Counted from the stretch's first letter, positions 1-14,399 are shown. The stretch is 64,000 nt of DNA from the human T2T-CHM13v2.0 reference genome, Homo sapiens (GCF_009914755.1 NC_060930.1); one strand, 5' to 3'. The notes: generated by a model from the sequence alone, not told the origin. Made by a program: numbers and translations.

Positions 1-1066
1 GGCCAAGTGACCCAGTGAGGTCTGCAATGAGTCACCCGTAGCATCTGCAGGTCTCTGGGGCCTAATGTCCTCCATAGCTGCTGTACCTGTGACATTTCCC
101 ACATCCTTGCTGTGACTGACCTTGTGCGCTTATTTTTACTATTTACTAACAAAAATCTTATTTTTATGTATGTGTTGCTTCAAAAGATCATTCTGATTTA
201 TTTATTTACATATGCATATTTATTTATATGCTTATTATTTTTAAAGAGGGAAATACAAGACATGTAACAATAGGGGTAAAATAATAAATATTAAATAATG
301 AAAAGAGAAGAGAGAATCAGAACGAAAATACTCAAGCTAAGGATAATTGCTAGATTTGAATATAAAATTTACCACCGATTTAAAAGGATTGATTCATTCT
401 TAAATGTGATTATTGTCTTTGGGCCAAAAATTACTTCAGTGAGAGTGAATCTTCAGTTTTATGATAGAAATAAATTAGAAAATATAAGTTAACTTGCAGA
501 AAAAATAGTTTTATGATGGGCATTTCAAGAATGCACATTTTCTGTAAAGTGAGGCACATCTGTGTTAATTTTTTAAAGGTCTTTTCCTTGTTTAAAACAT
601 TCATACCTGTGAATCTTCTGTTTTATTCAAAATGTGTAATGAAAACCATTTAAAACAAGTATCCAGTGAGTATCTTGATCCAGAAATATCTATTTGCCAT
701 ATAAATCTGATAAACAGTATACAGGACAATGTATATTCTACAACAATTAATTTGGATGCATAGTAGACATCATTACATGGGCAGTACAGAATTATATTTG
801 GATTATATATTATAGTACTGATTTAGCTCAGAGTCTTAATGTAAAATCCCATAGACTAACATGTAATAACTTTATATACTTTATTTTCTTTTCCTGTTTT
901 GTGCTTACTGTGGAATAATACAGTGGGAGCTATGTTATTCTGTTCCTTTGCTTTTTCAAAAATAATGACAACAATCTTTTATTTTTGGCATTTACAGAAC
1001 TAATGGTCAGCAAATTTGAATATGTTGACTCCTTTTTCTTAATAAAATGGGAAAGAGATGTGTGTT

Positions 1067-1083
1067 ACACACACACACACACA
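1067..1083. repeat. (CA)n microsatellite
   Basis: ACACACACACACACACA seen directly. Confidence 0.9.
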
Positions 1084-1823
1084 AAGTTTTATTAATGTTT
1101 CATAAAATGGTTGCTACAATCAAAGGAACTGCTCTGAAAATTAAATTACTGGGCTGACTCTGAAAATCAGCATAATATGCTCTGTTTAATTCAGTCATGC
1201 TAAGATGTTAGATTCCCCTTCATTCTCTCAGCTTTCTCTCTCCTTCACCTGGGGGCATCTGCTGATGAGTCTCTTCTAGAGGTTGTTTAATGACTATTTT
1301 ACAGGAACTGTCAGCTTTCTAAAGCCCAGTGGCATTGGGCGTCACTGTATTATCAGCCTTTTTACACAATTTGCCTGACTGTAAATCGGAGGTTTAAAAG
1401 TACAAGAAAATCTCCTATTTGATTTAATGACTGGTTGATGGGGGTTGATTAATCTTTCTATGCTCGGATGTTTTACTCATAAAGGTCATCTATTGTTTGT
1501 TTATACTCACTTTTCTGATTTTAGAAACACAAGAAATAAGAAGACCATTTTGAGAAGAACAGAGAGTAGCCTTAAGAAAATCCCTGTCGCAAGCACTCTG
1601 GGATTTGGACTCAAATGCTAATTATACAGTAAGTGAAATGAACACAGCCTTCACATTAACCTAATGTAAAGCTGCAAAACCATGATACCTGCTCAATTTG
1701 GTTACAGAAATTGAAGATGGTGGCCCTTCTTTTGAGTGGGGATGGGGGGGATTTATTTCTATTTTTAAAAGCAGGGCTATTGATCATATAAAGAACATTC
1801 TTACCTCGCCACCCAGCGCTTTC

Positions 1824-1842
1824 AAAAAAAAAAAAAAAAAAA
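1824..1842 (+). repeat. poly(A) tract (A19)
   Basis: Homopolymer with no recognisable retroelement body upstream. Confidence 0.9.
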
Positions 1843-2779
1843 CAAGCAAGAATCTTTTTAGTACTATCATCTTGTTTTACCCAGGACATTGCCTGTATTC
1901 ATGGTTAGGAGCTTTATTTAATTTAAAAAAATTATAAATTTACCCTTTTAAAAATTTGAATCAATTCATGGTAACCTTAATATGTACAATACACATTCTT
2001 GTTTATGGAATATGAGTACTCAGGATGTCCATCAAATTATTTTGGTCAGTTTTAATTTTTGTAGTGTTTAAAGACAAAAGGGTAACTCCTTTGATCGAAA
2101 AGTGTATCAATCAATCAAAGCTACTTAATAAATGGTATTAGATCACACAAAAAAGTAGCATACACAAAATAATGCTGAGGAAATATTCAACAAGTTTGTT
2201 AACACTATCCTTTCAAAAGTTAACACAACGGAGTACAGTTATTCTTCAACTAATCAAAATATTATCTAACCATGGGCTCCCCTAAACAAGTGGAAAGGAA
2301 CAATCATTCTGACAGTTTTTCCTGAATGAAGGAGGTCTTTCTTATTACAAGTGGATACAAGACAATACAACCCAGTAGAAGCTGGGGCATACATACTGAG
2401 AAAAGGTGGTTGTAAATTCCCCCTTTCCTTTCAAGAGTGAGAATAATATAAACACTGAAGAAAAATATGGTCCCGTAGCTTTTCATTGGAAAATCTGTTG
2501 AGACATGCAGAGCTGAGGCATCTGGATATCTACCCTGCAAAATCCCTAGAGGTAAGAATTTTGCTATTACCAAGCAATTCAAGGTGTCAAAAAGCCACCC
2601 AACTAAACTTAAGACTGCTTTGTTTGAATCTCAAGTCCACATTCTACCACCAAATGACCATAAAGAAACCATACATGTAAATAAAACAGTGAGTAGAATT
2701 CTGGTAAATTTTTCTTAAAGTATGGTTTTAAATGCATTTCTAAGGACAAATATAGAAGGAATAAGGTATAGCACAGTAT

Positions 2780-3042
2780 AGCTGCTCTGAAGATGTAGCT
2801 CAGGTATCATCTCTTCCTGGAAAACTCCAGGACTTATTTTACTGTGCAGCCCCCCTTCCTTGGGCTTTTACTGCATTAAATTGCATTCATTTTTTAAAAC
2901 TTGGTCATCTTTCTCTAGAAAATTGTCTTTATGAGAGCAGGGCCTATTTTATATTTACCTTGACATATCCCAAACATTCCAGGACCTAGGTTAGTGCCAC
3001 ACATTTGGTAAACATTCAATAAATATTATTTGAATTAAATAA
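2780..3042 (+). mobile_element. L2 LINE 3' end fragment
   Basis: Ends ...gtgccacacatttggtaaacattcaataaatattatttgaattaaat, resembling the L2 3' terminus. Confidence 0.6.
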
Positions 3043-3149
3043 TCAAGTTCTGCTAAAAGTTTTTCACATTTAGCAGAAGCCAGTTTTAAATATTACATTC
3101 CCTGTTAGGATTCCGACTGCTTCCTATTGCTAAGCTTGAAGGGGCAATG

Positions 3150-3298
3150 AGATTGAACATGGAAATGGAGGCTGTAGTCTCAGCTCTGTGACTACCAAGC
3201 AAGGCACTTAAACTTTTGATTCTTTAGTTTCTTATCAGTGAAATTCAGGATTGGATTTAGCGCTGAGATTCTTGACAGCTATGATAATCTGATTCTTA
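3150..3298 (+). mobile_element. MIR/MIR3 SINE fragment
   Basis: MIR core-like tctcagctctgtgact...caaggcacttaaac...agtttcttatcagtgaaat. Confidence 0.5.
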
Positions 3299-3369
3299 GA
3301 TCCCTGCTATTCTCATTTGTAGTCAGCCCTTTTCTGTCAGCCTAGCTGCAACTCTAAATTATCACTAAT

Positions 3370-3580
3370 ATCTAACATTTACTAAGCATTTATTTGCAGC
3401 ATTCATACTGCCTCCTATAATACTCACAACAATCCCATGAATAAAGTTTTTACAATGCTAACGCTGGGGCTCAGAAAGATGCAATATTCATCCAAGAGAT
3501 TACATTAGCCGTAGGTGGCATACATAAGATTCAAGCCTTGATCTTCCAGTGACAATTTCCCCCACTTTTTCCGTTGTGCT
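3370..3580 (-). mobile_element. MIR SINE
   Basis: Reverse MIR: taacatttactaagcattta...ctcacaacaatcccatga...ggggctcagaaagatg...ccaag. Confidence 0.6.
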
Positions 3581-4462
3581 GCCCAATATTAACTGTGGCT
3601 CATTCATTTCTGGACTTCTAAAAGTATAATATTGTAATTTTTAAAATAGAATTCCTCAAGGAAACAACAGGACCCTCTGAGAGGAGACTTTCTGATTGTA
3701 AGTCAATGACTCTGAGTTGTTTTATCATCAGACCTGATGGGGTTCTTCTGATTCCCCCATATCTTTTCTCATCCTCTGGTGCCCAGTGCCATGCATTTTC
3801 AACTGCAGTTTCTGGACAGATGGCCAATGGACCCTTCGGCCATAAAATAGAGCTTGGCAAGCTACTCACACAAGAACTGAACTTGTGACCTTGGTGTTAT
3901 TTTCACTGTACCCCAAACAAGTGATTTAAATAGCCAAAGACAGGTCTGATAAGCACTACATGAAATAAAACACAACCCCAAGATGTGTAAATATTTATCA
4001 TTCAGGCCATTTATATTTTAATTAATTTCATTTGTTTATTTCAGACTTGTACTTTGTAAAACAATGCACTAGAAACTGCAGAATAAATGCATAGTCTGGA
4101 TGGACCTCTAGAGCTTAGAGGACATGGGGAGAGGGGAAACACAGATCCTTACCACAGGTCCTAAGACAAGCCAAGTACCAAGAAGTGCAGTCAGAAGAAC
4201 CTCATTCAGATGTGAGGTATCAGAAAGAGCTTTGTGAGGTGACCCTGATAACCTCTCACTCCTCCCCAGTTCCTCTCCATATCTCTATTTTTATGATCAG
4301 GAATAGTTCCCAAGTTACCACTTCAAAAAGGCTGTTTAACAGCCCATTGGCACTCACACCAAATTCTTAATTGGATCTCAGTCCTTGCAATGGTCCTGGC
4401 TTGAACTTACTCCACTCCGTATTGTGAACTTATTTTTATCTACAGATCCAGGTGATTTCCAG

Positions 4463-4947
4463 TGTGATGCCTATTTTTATGTGTCAACTTAACTAGGCTA
4501 AGAGATGCCTAGATAGCTGGTAAAACATTATTTCTGGTGTCTGTGAGAGTGTTTCTGGAAGAGGTCAGCATTTGAGTAGGTAAACTGAGTAAAGAAGATC
4601 CATGTCACCACTATGGGTGGGGATCATCCAATCTGCTGAGTGACCAAACAAAACAAAAAGAAGAGAAAAGGTGAACTTGGGCTCTCTGTGTTTGAGCTCG
4701 GATATCGATCTTCTCCTGCCCATGGTTATTGGCTCTCCTGATTCTGGGGCATTCAGACTTAGACCAGTACTTATTCCAACAACTGTTTGGTTCTCAGTCC
4801 TTTGGACTTGGACTGAATTACACCACTGATTTTCCTGGTTCTCCAGTTTACAGACAGTAGAGAGTGGGACTGCTCAGCATCCATAGTCAAGCCAATTCCT
4901 AATATATTCTATTGGTTCTATTTCTCTGAAAAACCCTGACTAACACA
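4463..4947 (+). mobile_element. MLT2-family (ERVL) solo LTR
   Basis: Starts TGTGATG...tatgtgtcaacttaactaggctaagagatgcctagatagctggtaaaacattatttctgg and ends ctattggttctatttctctgaaaaaccctgactaacaCA; 5-bp TSD tccag/cccag. Confidence 0.9.
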
Positions 4948-6256
4948 CCCAGTTTACTCTTTCATTTAATTTCCCATTTACTGGTTTCTTACTTCTCTGA
5001 GTACCAACTGGACCTTTTCTTCTTTGATTTCGCTTTCACCCCCTCATCTTTTAGTTGTACTTCCCGTGCACTGTATTTATGATCCTACTGCTGTTACTAT
5101 CTGTGTTACTTAAAGCCTTTGCTCCACATAGTTCTCTCCAACTTCCAGAGGAGCCCAGAGATTTCACTCTTAATCCTTTAGAATATTATAGCACTAACTG
5201 CCTTAGAACAGAAGCTCCAGAATATAGAGTGTTTTGAAGAGCCAAATTTAAGATTTTATTTTAAAGGGAGTAAGGAAGCTCAGCTTAGGATTCAACCCAA
5301 GGTCAGCTTGACTAGTAAGTTGAGACTATCAGGTGGATTTTGACTTTCATCTAATGGGCAAGAAACTGAGGCAACAGAGTGTCATGGAATGGTTTTCTCT
5401 CCTCATGAATCGTCAACCTCCCTTCTCTATTGGCTTTTCCTGAAGGTCTCCTTTAACTCTGAGATTCTGTAATACTCGATGTCAGTCACACTGGGTGTAT
5501 GGGACAATATAATGATGTGTTTTATGCTTTTGTTGTCTACAAATGTGGTGGTTTCTTTTTAGGAATTTACTTCATAAAATTGTTTTTTAAACCACCAAAG
5601 GAAATATTTTTAAGTGTAGAGGGATTTAGAAAATAAGACAATTCAATATTGTTCAGTAAATAGTAATTAACAGACTAGCTTCTCAATCAATGCCAGCTCT
5701 TAAATTAGTATCTCCAGCAAGCTACAAGTAATATTTAAAATTAAGTTTAACTTAATATTACCATGTGTGTCCAAATTCTCAAGAATATTCTCAACCTCTT
5801 ATTATAAACTGCTTTCAAAATTCTATCTTAATATATCTTATATTTTGGGATTTAATTTAGGCAGGTCATGCCACTGCATATATTTAAATGTTTCTCATCT
5901 AAGGTTTCCATGAAGTAATGCTGACTTAAAAAGTCTATAATGGTAAAATAAGTGACATTTCTACCAATAACTGCATATCAATCACAACATAACTGAACCC
6001 TGATTTGCTAGAAGATTGTTCTCTATTGCTTTGGCAATAGAATATGGGGACCTACTGAAGTTCATGTCAACAATTCCCCCATAAAGTTACAATAAGCTTA
6101 ACAGATTGTTTCTCCAGGTCTATAATGATGACTGGAATAGGAAATTCGGACAGCAAAAGTGGTCGCTTCTTAGGCTTCCTGCCAGATTTTGAAAACCACT
6201 ATAACTAGTCGTTTCTGCCAAGTAAGTGAAATCTGAATGCTGGCTAAAACATTTGG

Positions 6257-6287
6257 AAAAAAAAAAAAAAGAAGAAGAAGAAAGAAA
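6257..6287 (+). repeat. poly(A)/(GAA)n purine tract
   Basis: A14 followed by gaagaagaagaaagaaa. Confidence 0.85.
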
Positions 6288-8399
6288 CCCATGCTGACTA
6301 ATAGGCGCTAATGTGTGAGTAATAATTAGTGCAATTAAGTGACTGGCGCTGTGTGGGTGAGATTTTCAGAATACAAAACATTAATGTAGGGGCTTGCATA
6401 CACATAAACAAAGCTTTATAATGGGCTAATATAAGCGGTGATATATGGAAAAGTTTAATGGTCAGAATAAAATTTGTGGAAGTCTCATTGTAGGTATGTT
6501 AGTGTTAGGTATAGAAATTCAATGAATATAAATCATTATTACAATCTTATGTAATATTCAAACGTGTGACTGTGTGTATGAGTGTGTGTATGTTTCATAT
6601 ATCCTTGGATATATGGAAAACAGGTTTTGAAGCCTGATAGAGGGCTTAGTAAAACTAAACTGAAGCATATGAAGTTAGAAAATGTTCATGTCTACGAAAC
6701 CACACTACCTAGCTGTCTACTCAGGTTCCTATTTGTCCCTCTCTACCACCTATTCAACCCCCTATCTCCTTGCCATATATCCACCTCCATTCTTCTATTC
6801 TTTAAATCTGTCCAAATAAATGTCTGTCATCCTGCTCTCTCTCTCTCTGTCTGTTTCTCTCTCTCTCCCCCTCTGTCCATCTGTCTCTCTCCTCCACCCA
6901 TCATTTATCTAAATATATAGGACTAGTTTTCTTGGTAAGTAGTACAGAATTATAACTGAGAACAACCATGGACTTAGTTCATCTAACATGGGGAATAAAT
7001 TATTATTCTCTCTTAGAAATACTGCTATGTCAAGGTCAGGATTGAGGTCATTTGCAAGGCAATGCAGAGGACAGCATATAATTTACTAGCCAGAATCACT
7101 CACAGCTGATGGGGGGTGGGAATAATATTTCCATCAGAAATCCATACTCATTTAGCTTTCATAAACAAATGCTTGTAAAAGTATAAAAAATACTGGGTTG
7201 TGAGCTTAATTAAGAAGCATCAAATTATCCACTTCTTTTGTTCACCTTTGGAAAATATATTTAGTAGCTGATGATTAGCGACCTGTGTGTTTATTCAACA
7301 GGAATAAGGAACTCTAAATCAACATGTTCTCATGTGCTGTCCTTTGCAAATGAAGACAACATTATTGATTCACAATCAATGGCCATGCATTTATTTCTTC
7401 TTTCTTCTGAAGGGTTAAAGTATTGATGGCAAGTGGACTATCATCTGCAGTTTCTTATGTTGTCTAATTTGTGACCTATGGCTTTAATCTAATAAATAGC
7501 TGTCCAACATAAAACAAGTAGCTCTTGATTGTGAAACAGAGTAAACACAGTATAAAATTTTTTTTGCTCTCTTTACCAAGTGTCCTGGAGAGTTTTAAAA
7601 TAGTTCAAATACTCACAATTTCAGTATTTTAAAACATTTATATTTGATGATGCCATTCACCACTACCCCTTGCTATATATTCTCCATATATGCTCTGGAC
7701 AATGAAGAAATGAACCTCAGAAATACAGAGGGAGTAAAATAAGACCAACAGGAAAGAATCTAGAAAATATTAAAATAAAATACCCTACAAGTAGGATTCA
7801 TCTGGGCCTGCATACATAAGTAAAATTATGGTCTGAACTCTGAGCACAACTTGATATTTCAGCCCATCCTCATCATTTCATTCTAATTTTAAAACAACAC
7901 GATCCCCTTCTCCAATTTGATGGATCCTCCTGCTCTGTTCTCTATCCTGTATCATTTCATCTCTTCCTTGACATAGACATTCTTTCAGTAAACACTACTC
8001 TTGGCAAAAGGGATTTAATGACAAATTAAATGAGCCCCCAAATTCCCTAGTATGAAATATTGACAAAATAGATAATTATCTATTAGATATAATCATATAT
8101 TTATTTAAAAATCCTGCAATTATACATAGAAGGGACTGTGAATCCATACTGTAGGTAGAAGGCAAGAAGGATTTAAGAAGATGAAAAAAATGCTTCCGAG
8201 GGGATCTGTTTATGTTTATGCCTGAATTTCAAAGCTCTTCTTCTATACTGACTTTTTTCTGTTAACATGCTCAAGTCTTTCCTATGCTGAAAGAAAGAAA
8301 ATCTTCTCATCAATCCTGTATTTCTCTTTGACAAATATCCTAGCTCCTCTTCCTCCCTCACTCAGCCAACTCTCTTCTCTGCATGGTTTACACTGTGTC

Positions 8400-8652
8400 T
8401 GTGTTCTCAACTCACTACCACCTAGCTTTCAATTTCCCTACATTGCCCAAATTTTTCTCACTTTGTCACTTTTGATCTCTTTTCTTTTTGAACCCTCTAT
8501 TCCCAGGAATTCCATGGTATGTATCATTCCAGGTTCTTCTCTTATCTCAATTCCAAATCCTTTCCTCTGCATTCATTTTAAAAACCGATATTCTTGAGTT
8601 ATCTGGTATAGCATTTCTTCTTAGTCTACATATTGTCCATAGTGATCAATCT

Positions 8653-8699
<47 letters not shown>

Positions 8700-8882
8700 A
8701 TCCATTCTCTTGGTTTTAACTATATACTTACCTACATACTTACATCTTCCAAACACAAGCCTCTACCCCTTTGGTTCTCCTCTGAGTTTCAGAATCAAAT
8801 ACCTAAATGTTGAGAACTCTCTGCTTGGAAGTGCCAGAGACATTACCACATTTCCAGTATGGTCCAAAATTTATCTCATCAC
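8400..8882 (+). mobile_element. L2 LINE fragment (contains a TG microsatellite)
   Basis: L2-like ctcctctgagtttcagaatcaaatacc...ccacatttccagtatggtccaaaatttatctcatc. Confidence 0.5.
8656..8697. repeat. (TG)21 microsatellite
   Basis: Seen directly; accounts for the CVCVCV run in ORF 8488..8919. Confidence 0.95.
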
Positions 8883-9230
8883 CTCTTCCTTGACTTACAG
8901 TGGGGTTACATCTTTATAAACCCATCATAAGTTGAAAATATATTAAGTAAAAAATAAATTTAATATACCTAACCTACCAAATGTCATAGCTTAACCTAGC
9001 CTACCTTACATATGCTCAGTGCACTTACAGTTGGGCAAAATAACACAAAACCTATTTTATAATAAAGTTTTGACTATCTCATGTAATTTATGAAATACTG
9101 TACTGAAAGTGAAAAACAGAAAGATTGTATGGGTACTGGAAGTACAGTTTCTACTTAATGTATATCATTTTCATACCATCGTAAAGTTTAAACATTATAA
9201 GTTGAACCATGACAAGTTGAGGACAGTCTA
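8883..9230 (+). mobile_element. MER47A-type TcMar-Tigger DNA transposon fossil
   Basis: cttgacttacagtggggttacat...aaacccatcataagttgaaaata...cctaacctacc...gtactgaaagtgaaaaacagaa...gttgaaccatgacaagttgaggacagtct, then TA. Confidence 0.85.
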
Positions 9231-9374
9231 TATATACAAGTATATAAATATGTATAAGTTCATATGATTAATGTCAGCGGTATAAAAATAAGTTTACTGT
9301 ACATTTAAGTTGCTTTTATCTATGCCTTAAATTGGTATTCTTTTTCCTAAAGAAGACTCTCAATCTTGCTGGAG

Positions 9375-9520
9375 TTATCTTTGTTTTACAGATATTTAAA
9401 CAGAAACACATGCAATTTAAATAACTTTCCCAAGGCCGGTTAAGTGGTAGTAATAATGGTCAGAGATCCTAATCCAATTCTCTTACTTTTAAAATATTAA
9501 TTGTTTTTACTATGCCACAA
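9375..9520 (-). mobile_element. MIR SINE fragment
   Basis: gttttacagat...aaataactttcccaaggcc...ttactatgccaca. Confidence 0.55.
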
Positions 9521-12039
9521 TAATTCCCTATATAACAACTTACAAAAAGAAAAAAATATATAAAACAGTTTTTTCACTCCAAACCAATAATCAATATCAC
9601 TTAATGATCAAATGATGTTATAATATAAAAAAAAAGAATTTTGGTGATTTTTAAAACATTATTCTCACTTAAAATGCTCTATGTAAATTGAAATTAGTTG
9701 CAGATATTATTAGTACCTACTGATGTAAACCATATGTTTTCTTAATACGTTGCTAATGCAAATTTCAAGGATTATACTATGATATCTTAGTAAATTGTAT
9801 TAAACACATTAATGGGTATTATATGTTTAAATTTGTTTGTAAATCTTCAAAATTATCAATGTGTGAAGGCAATCTGTTCTTCACACTTTACTCTTGAAAG
9901 TTGATATTAGCCTTTTTGAAAGCAGCTAAAAGGACTGAGGTAATAATACATTAGAAAATGAATCCCTAGAATAATAATTAAAATGGCACCCAACTAAAGT
10001 ATCATGACAAAACATGGCATGACAGGTAGTGAAAATTAAAAACCAAAATTAATCAAAATATGAAATAACCACCAATAATTAAAGTCCCTTGCAAAAATTA
10101 AGGATAGTGATTCTTTTAATGATCAAAGAAGCCTTAAAGTTATGAAAATGGTACATTATAATACAACCCACTACTTGATGGGAGCCAATTCACAAATTTT
10201 CGTGTTGGAGGAATGCAGAAAATATTTCTTACATCTTGAAAGCTAAATCCAAATAAAAGCAAGCTAATAAGTAAATCTGATGACAGTTTTCTCTTCAGTA
10301 TTATATAAATTAAAATTTTAAATTGCATTTCTTCTATGGACTAAAGAAAACATTTTTGGAGTAAAAATCAAGAAATAATTTTACCTTAGAGTTAAATAGA
10401 AAAACCTTTGAAGTGGGAAGCATAAGGCAGTAAATGGTTCAGTAGTTTGACCTTTACAGTTCTTTTCATCTTTAGAAATATTTCACAAAAATATGTAACA
10501 AAAGCAGAATTTGAAAACATGAAGTTGGCCATTTATTTTTAAACACAGTGAATACTGACTGTATATGGAATAGAAATGAGTATGTTTTTGAGCTGGAAGG
10601 AGACAATGATAAAAATATCTAATAGCCAAAAGCAGAGGCATAAGAAAATCTGAAATGAAACTGAATGAAGAAAAGAAATTACAGGCTCAGAAGATCATGT
10701 GGCCTTTTAAAATAAAATTTATTTAAAACCTATATTTTATTTCAATAAATATTTATTGACAAGAAAGGAAAAATAAATAATTCTAAAGGGATATGTTAAA
10801 CTTTCTCCTAAGCACAAGTAGATGCATTCCCAAATCTTTAGGTCATTCTAAATATCATAATGAGTCCCTAGATGGTAAAATATGTGAGATTTTATAGGAA
10901 GCATGACTTCTTCAAAAGATGGAGAGTATTTAACAGGGGAAAATAAACCTTAAATAAAAGGCTTAAAATTCTTTGAAGGAGCCATATGTAGTAGCAGAAA
11001 AAAAAACTATTGATGAAAGTAGCAATTGTTTACATTATAATAATTACTAATATGCATTTTCATCAACTCTAAGCTCAAAATACAAAAAATTCTGCCTCAT
11101 TTAAGATTAAGATTCTCTCTAGAACATCTTAATCTCAGTATACACAAGAATCTCAGCCACGTAAGTACTGATCTCAGCTACTCTATCACTGAAGACCGAA
11201 AAGAGTGTGTCACATCTTTAGTCAGGTATAAATGTTAAAGAAAAAATTATTTTAGGCAATAGTTGATTTTTTCGGGCTTTAGGAGAAATCACATCAAAGA
11301 TACTCCACAGAAAACGCTGAAGGCAGAGATAATAGTAAGAAATGAACAAGTGACAGGCACTAGGAAGAATTTATCTTTCTTCACTAGGAAATTCTTATTT
11401 TTTTAAATAGAGGATAAAAGGAAGAAAGCATTATTCATTATGGTATAATGCTTGTTGTTACGGTTAGGTTACCATAGACTGTTCCAAACCCGAGAAAGCA
11501 CAAAAGTTAAGTGATATATGAATTATACAAAATGGAAGTCAGGAATGAAAAATGGCAGGAGGCAAAAGAAACAGGAAGATAATTACGCTGGGACTGAACC
11601 CGGTGCCTCCCACAGCCAATTCTCAAAGCATTCTAGTATTTCTTTTTAATTGTTAAGGGCACTTGGGCCTACAGATCTCAAAAAGCTGAATTGGAATGAG
11701 CAAGTTAGATTTGGCTACAGATGTCACAAATATGAAAGGTCTAGAAATGATTTAAAGTTCATCAAATCTCCGTTTCTTCCAAGAACTTCACCTACCCATC
11801 TTAAGAACTTTGCATTCATTGTCAGAATAATAATTATATGGTCTCCTTTGTTCCTCTTAACTTAGTCAAAGGTCTCAGGGTATTTATTTATCAAGACTTT
11901 TCTAATAAATTAATTACCAATTATTTTTAAACCATTATATTATATTCCAGATTTGGTACTAATGGCAATTTCCACTCTCCCATAAATTCAATATCACTAC
12001 ATGTAGTCAAAATTATCATACTCCATTTCTCATACAGAC

Positions 12040-12240
12040 TAAATAACCCCAGTAATTTTGCATTATCTTATTACCATCCATTTTCTAGCACCTTCATTAT
12101 TTCCATTTTTCTCCTCTATGCCTTTATCAATTGATTAAAATACGGAGTTCAAAAGCAGATAAAATGATAGATTTTGAGGGCTTAGTCCATGTTGGATATA
12201 GGAAGTCATTTTGCGGAGTCTTTAATGTTATGTTCTTATT
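12040..12240 (-). mobile_element. possible L3/CR1 3' fragment
   Basis: Weak resemblance (ttttctcctctatgcctttatcaatt...aaaatacggagttcaaaagcag) to the L3 3' region. Confidence 0.25.
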
Positions 12241-14399
12241 TATACATCTTCAAGACCAATAATCAATTACCTGTGGGCATTACTGACTCCTGGTTAGTTC
12301 TTGGGTCTTTTTAAGCCATAGTGTTCTCATAAATCATGACCAATTTTATATTTGTGAAGTCACTGTCAGGTTTCTTGTATTTGAGAATTTAATGTCATTC
12401 TCTGCCTACCAACAATTCCAATTATAAATCTGTTCTCTAGCTATGTGCACTGTCATGTTCATACAGATCTGTGCTCCAAGTTATAATAAAACCAAATAAG
12501 TTTTAAATCCTTGGGACTTTCTTTGAAGGATCTTCTGATTTGGCATTAAGTTATTGGTCATTATTTAATCTCTAGGAACTTATAACATGTTTTCGATATC
12601 TGGAAGTAACATGAGCCAAGCAAAAACTTCCTATTGTGTAGATGGTTCTGTCTAGGCCCATCAAATAATAAAGGTACAGGCTTGTCATTTATTGTTTGGT
12701 ATTACACATCAACATTCTTTATGTGACAGAGTTTGCTTTTACCAAAACATTATAAAATATTAAAAAATAATTTGCCAGTGCATGATTGCCATATTATGGA
12801 ATATTTGCAAATTCATCTGAATAGCTCTAACTTAATTTTACAATACATATATTATTTAAAATTCCATAAAATTTATAGAGGATAAAGTCTTAATTTTAGT
12901 GAATTCTAAATCAAAACTCTATTTATTTCTATTCACCAATGTCTGAGTCCACAAAACATCCTGGAAGCAAGTGAAACAAGATGGCTTTTAGAAACTTTAA
13001 GAAAACAACAAAAAAAGAATCTTTAGGCTCTTTTGAGGATGGAAGTGGGGAAGTAGTTAATGGGGATGAAAGAGCTGACTATTCACAGGTGCAATGAAGT
13101 GCCTCAAAACGCAAAGCAAAATTACATATAGCTGTCTAATACTGACGTACTACTGCATATGCTCTTGAGTTTTCACAGTTTTTCTCATGAGTTGTGACAA
13201 GATGACAACAAAACTACTGCCTTAATTACAGGAAGATTGGAAGGTGCGTAACAGCCCCTCAAGATGACTGAAGAAATTTCACATGCGATACAAATCTCAA
13301 GACTAGCATTTAAATATGTCTAGATAAAAATTTTAAAGCTACATGGAGACTATAATCTTGATATCTTTATCTGCTCTTTGATATATGCTGCTGTTTATGT
13401 TTTGAACCAGAAGCATACTATCCTTTTCTAGTAAAATATAGACACATTTTCTGAAAATTAGTTACAAACCCTGTTGGAAAACTTTGTTTCCTCACAAAAT
13501 TATTTAACACAAAATCATGGATGATATAACACGATGCAATTCTGACAATGTATTGTTTCATCTAGTGGCTTTAGGTTTTTTATTTGTTAGGTAGATCTCA
13601 CACATGAGGAAAGTTGTCTCAGAGCCAATTTGCAGAGTCCCACTCCCTCAATATTTGAGGATGCTGTTTCTGATCATGATTGCTCTCCAAATAAGGGTGG
13701 AAGAAGAAACCAATGTACAACACTTTGCAGGTATAAAGATGGCTCTTTAATTTCCAGGACTTTTAGACTTGTCAGCTGCCCAGATGTTTTGTTGTAAAAT
13801 ACCAAGTCACTTCTGATTGCTGAATGCTAAACTGCCCAGACAGCTCCATGGTCCCCCACCCATGCCAGGTGGTTGGAAGTTGAGCAGCTTAGAAACCTTA
13901 GAGTATTCCTATTTTTTCTTTGCCTGCCTTTGCTTTTCTTCGGTTCACTGTACAGCAGTGGCTTAGAGATCTAGCTGTCATTCATTCTCCACAGATCTTT
14001 TACCAAAGGAGGTTCTGCTGTGATGAGCAGCAGCACTTCTGTACTGGTAGATTGGCTGAGTTCCAGCCCTGGTTTTGAATAAGCCTGTCTTACCAGTTGG
14101 TGAAAATGTTGCTCATGTCTGGGCCAGTGAATTGAGAAAAAAAATTTCAGGACTAGGTTCTAATGAAGGCACAGTTCTAACTAGAGCTGTTGGACACTAC
14201 ACAGGGACTATCCCTGTCCTCTAAACAAAAAATCATATATTGTTACTGGGAGTTCAAATGCATGCCACAGGAATTAGGATAGTCCTATTACTGTTAGAGG
14301 AAAAAAACTGAAATCACAAACAAACTTCAAAAGAAAATGGATCATTAGTGTGTTCTGTGTATTTGAAAGGCGATGGATTTCACCTCTAACTCTTTCACA

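Noticed and set aside
1824-1842. Poly(A) as the tail of a processed pseudogene (also 6257-6270)
   Set aside because: No upstream AATAAA-linked mRNA-like body or TSD recognised
8067-8084. 18-bp perfect palindrome AATAGATAATTATCTATT
   Set aside because: AT-rich 9-bp arms are plausible by chance in 64 kb
8488-8919. 143-aa ORF with a Cys-Val repeat
   Set aside because: Caused by (TG)21 within L2 sequence
11104-11135. Hairpin with 10-bp arms AGATTAAGAT/ATCTTAATCT
   Set aside because: AT-rich and short; not clearly above background
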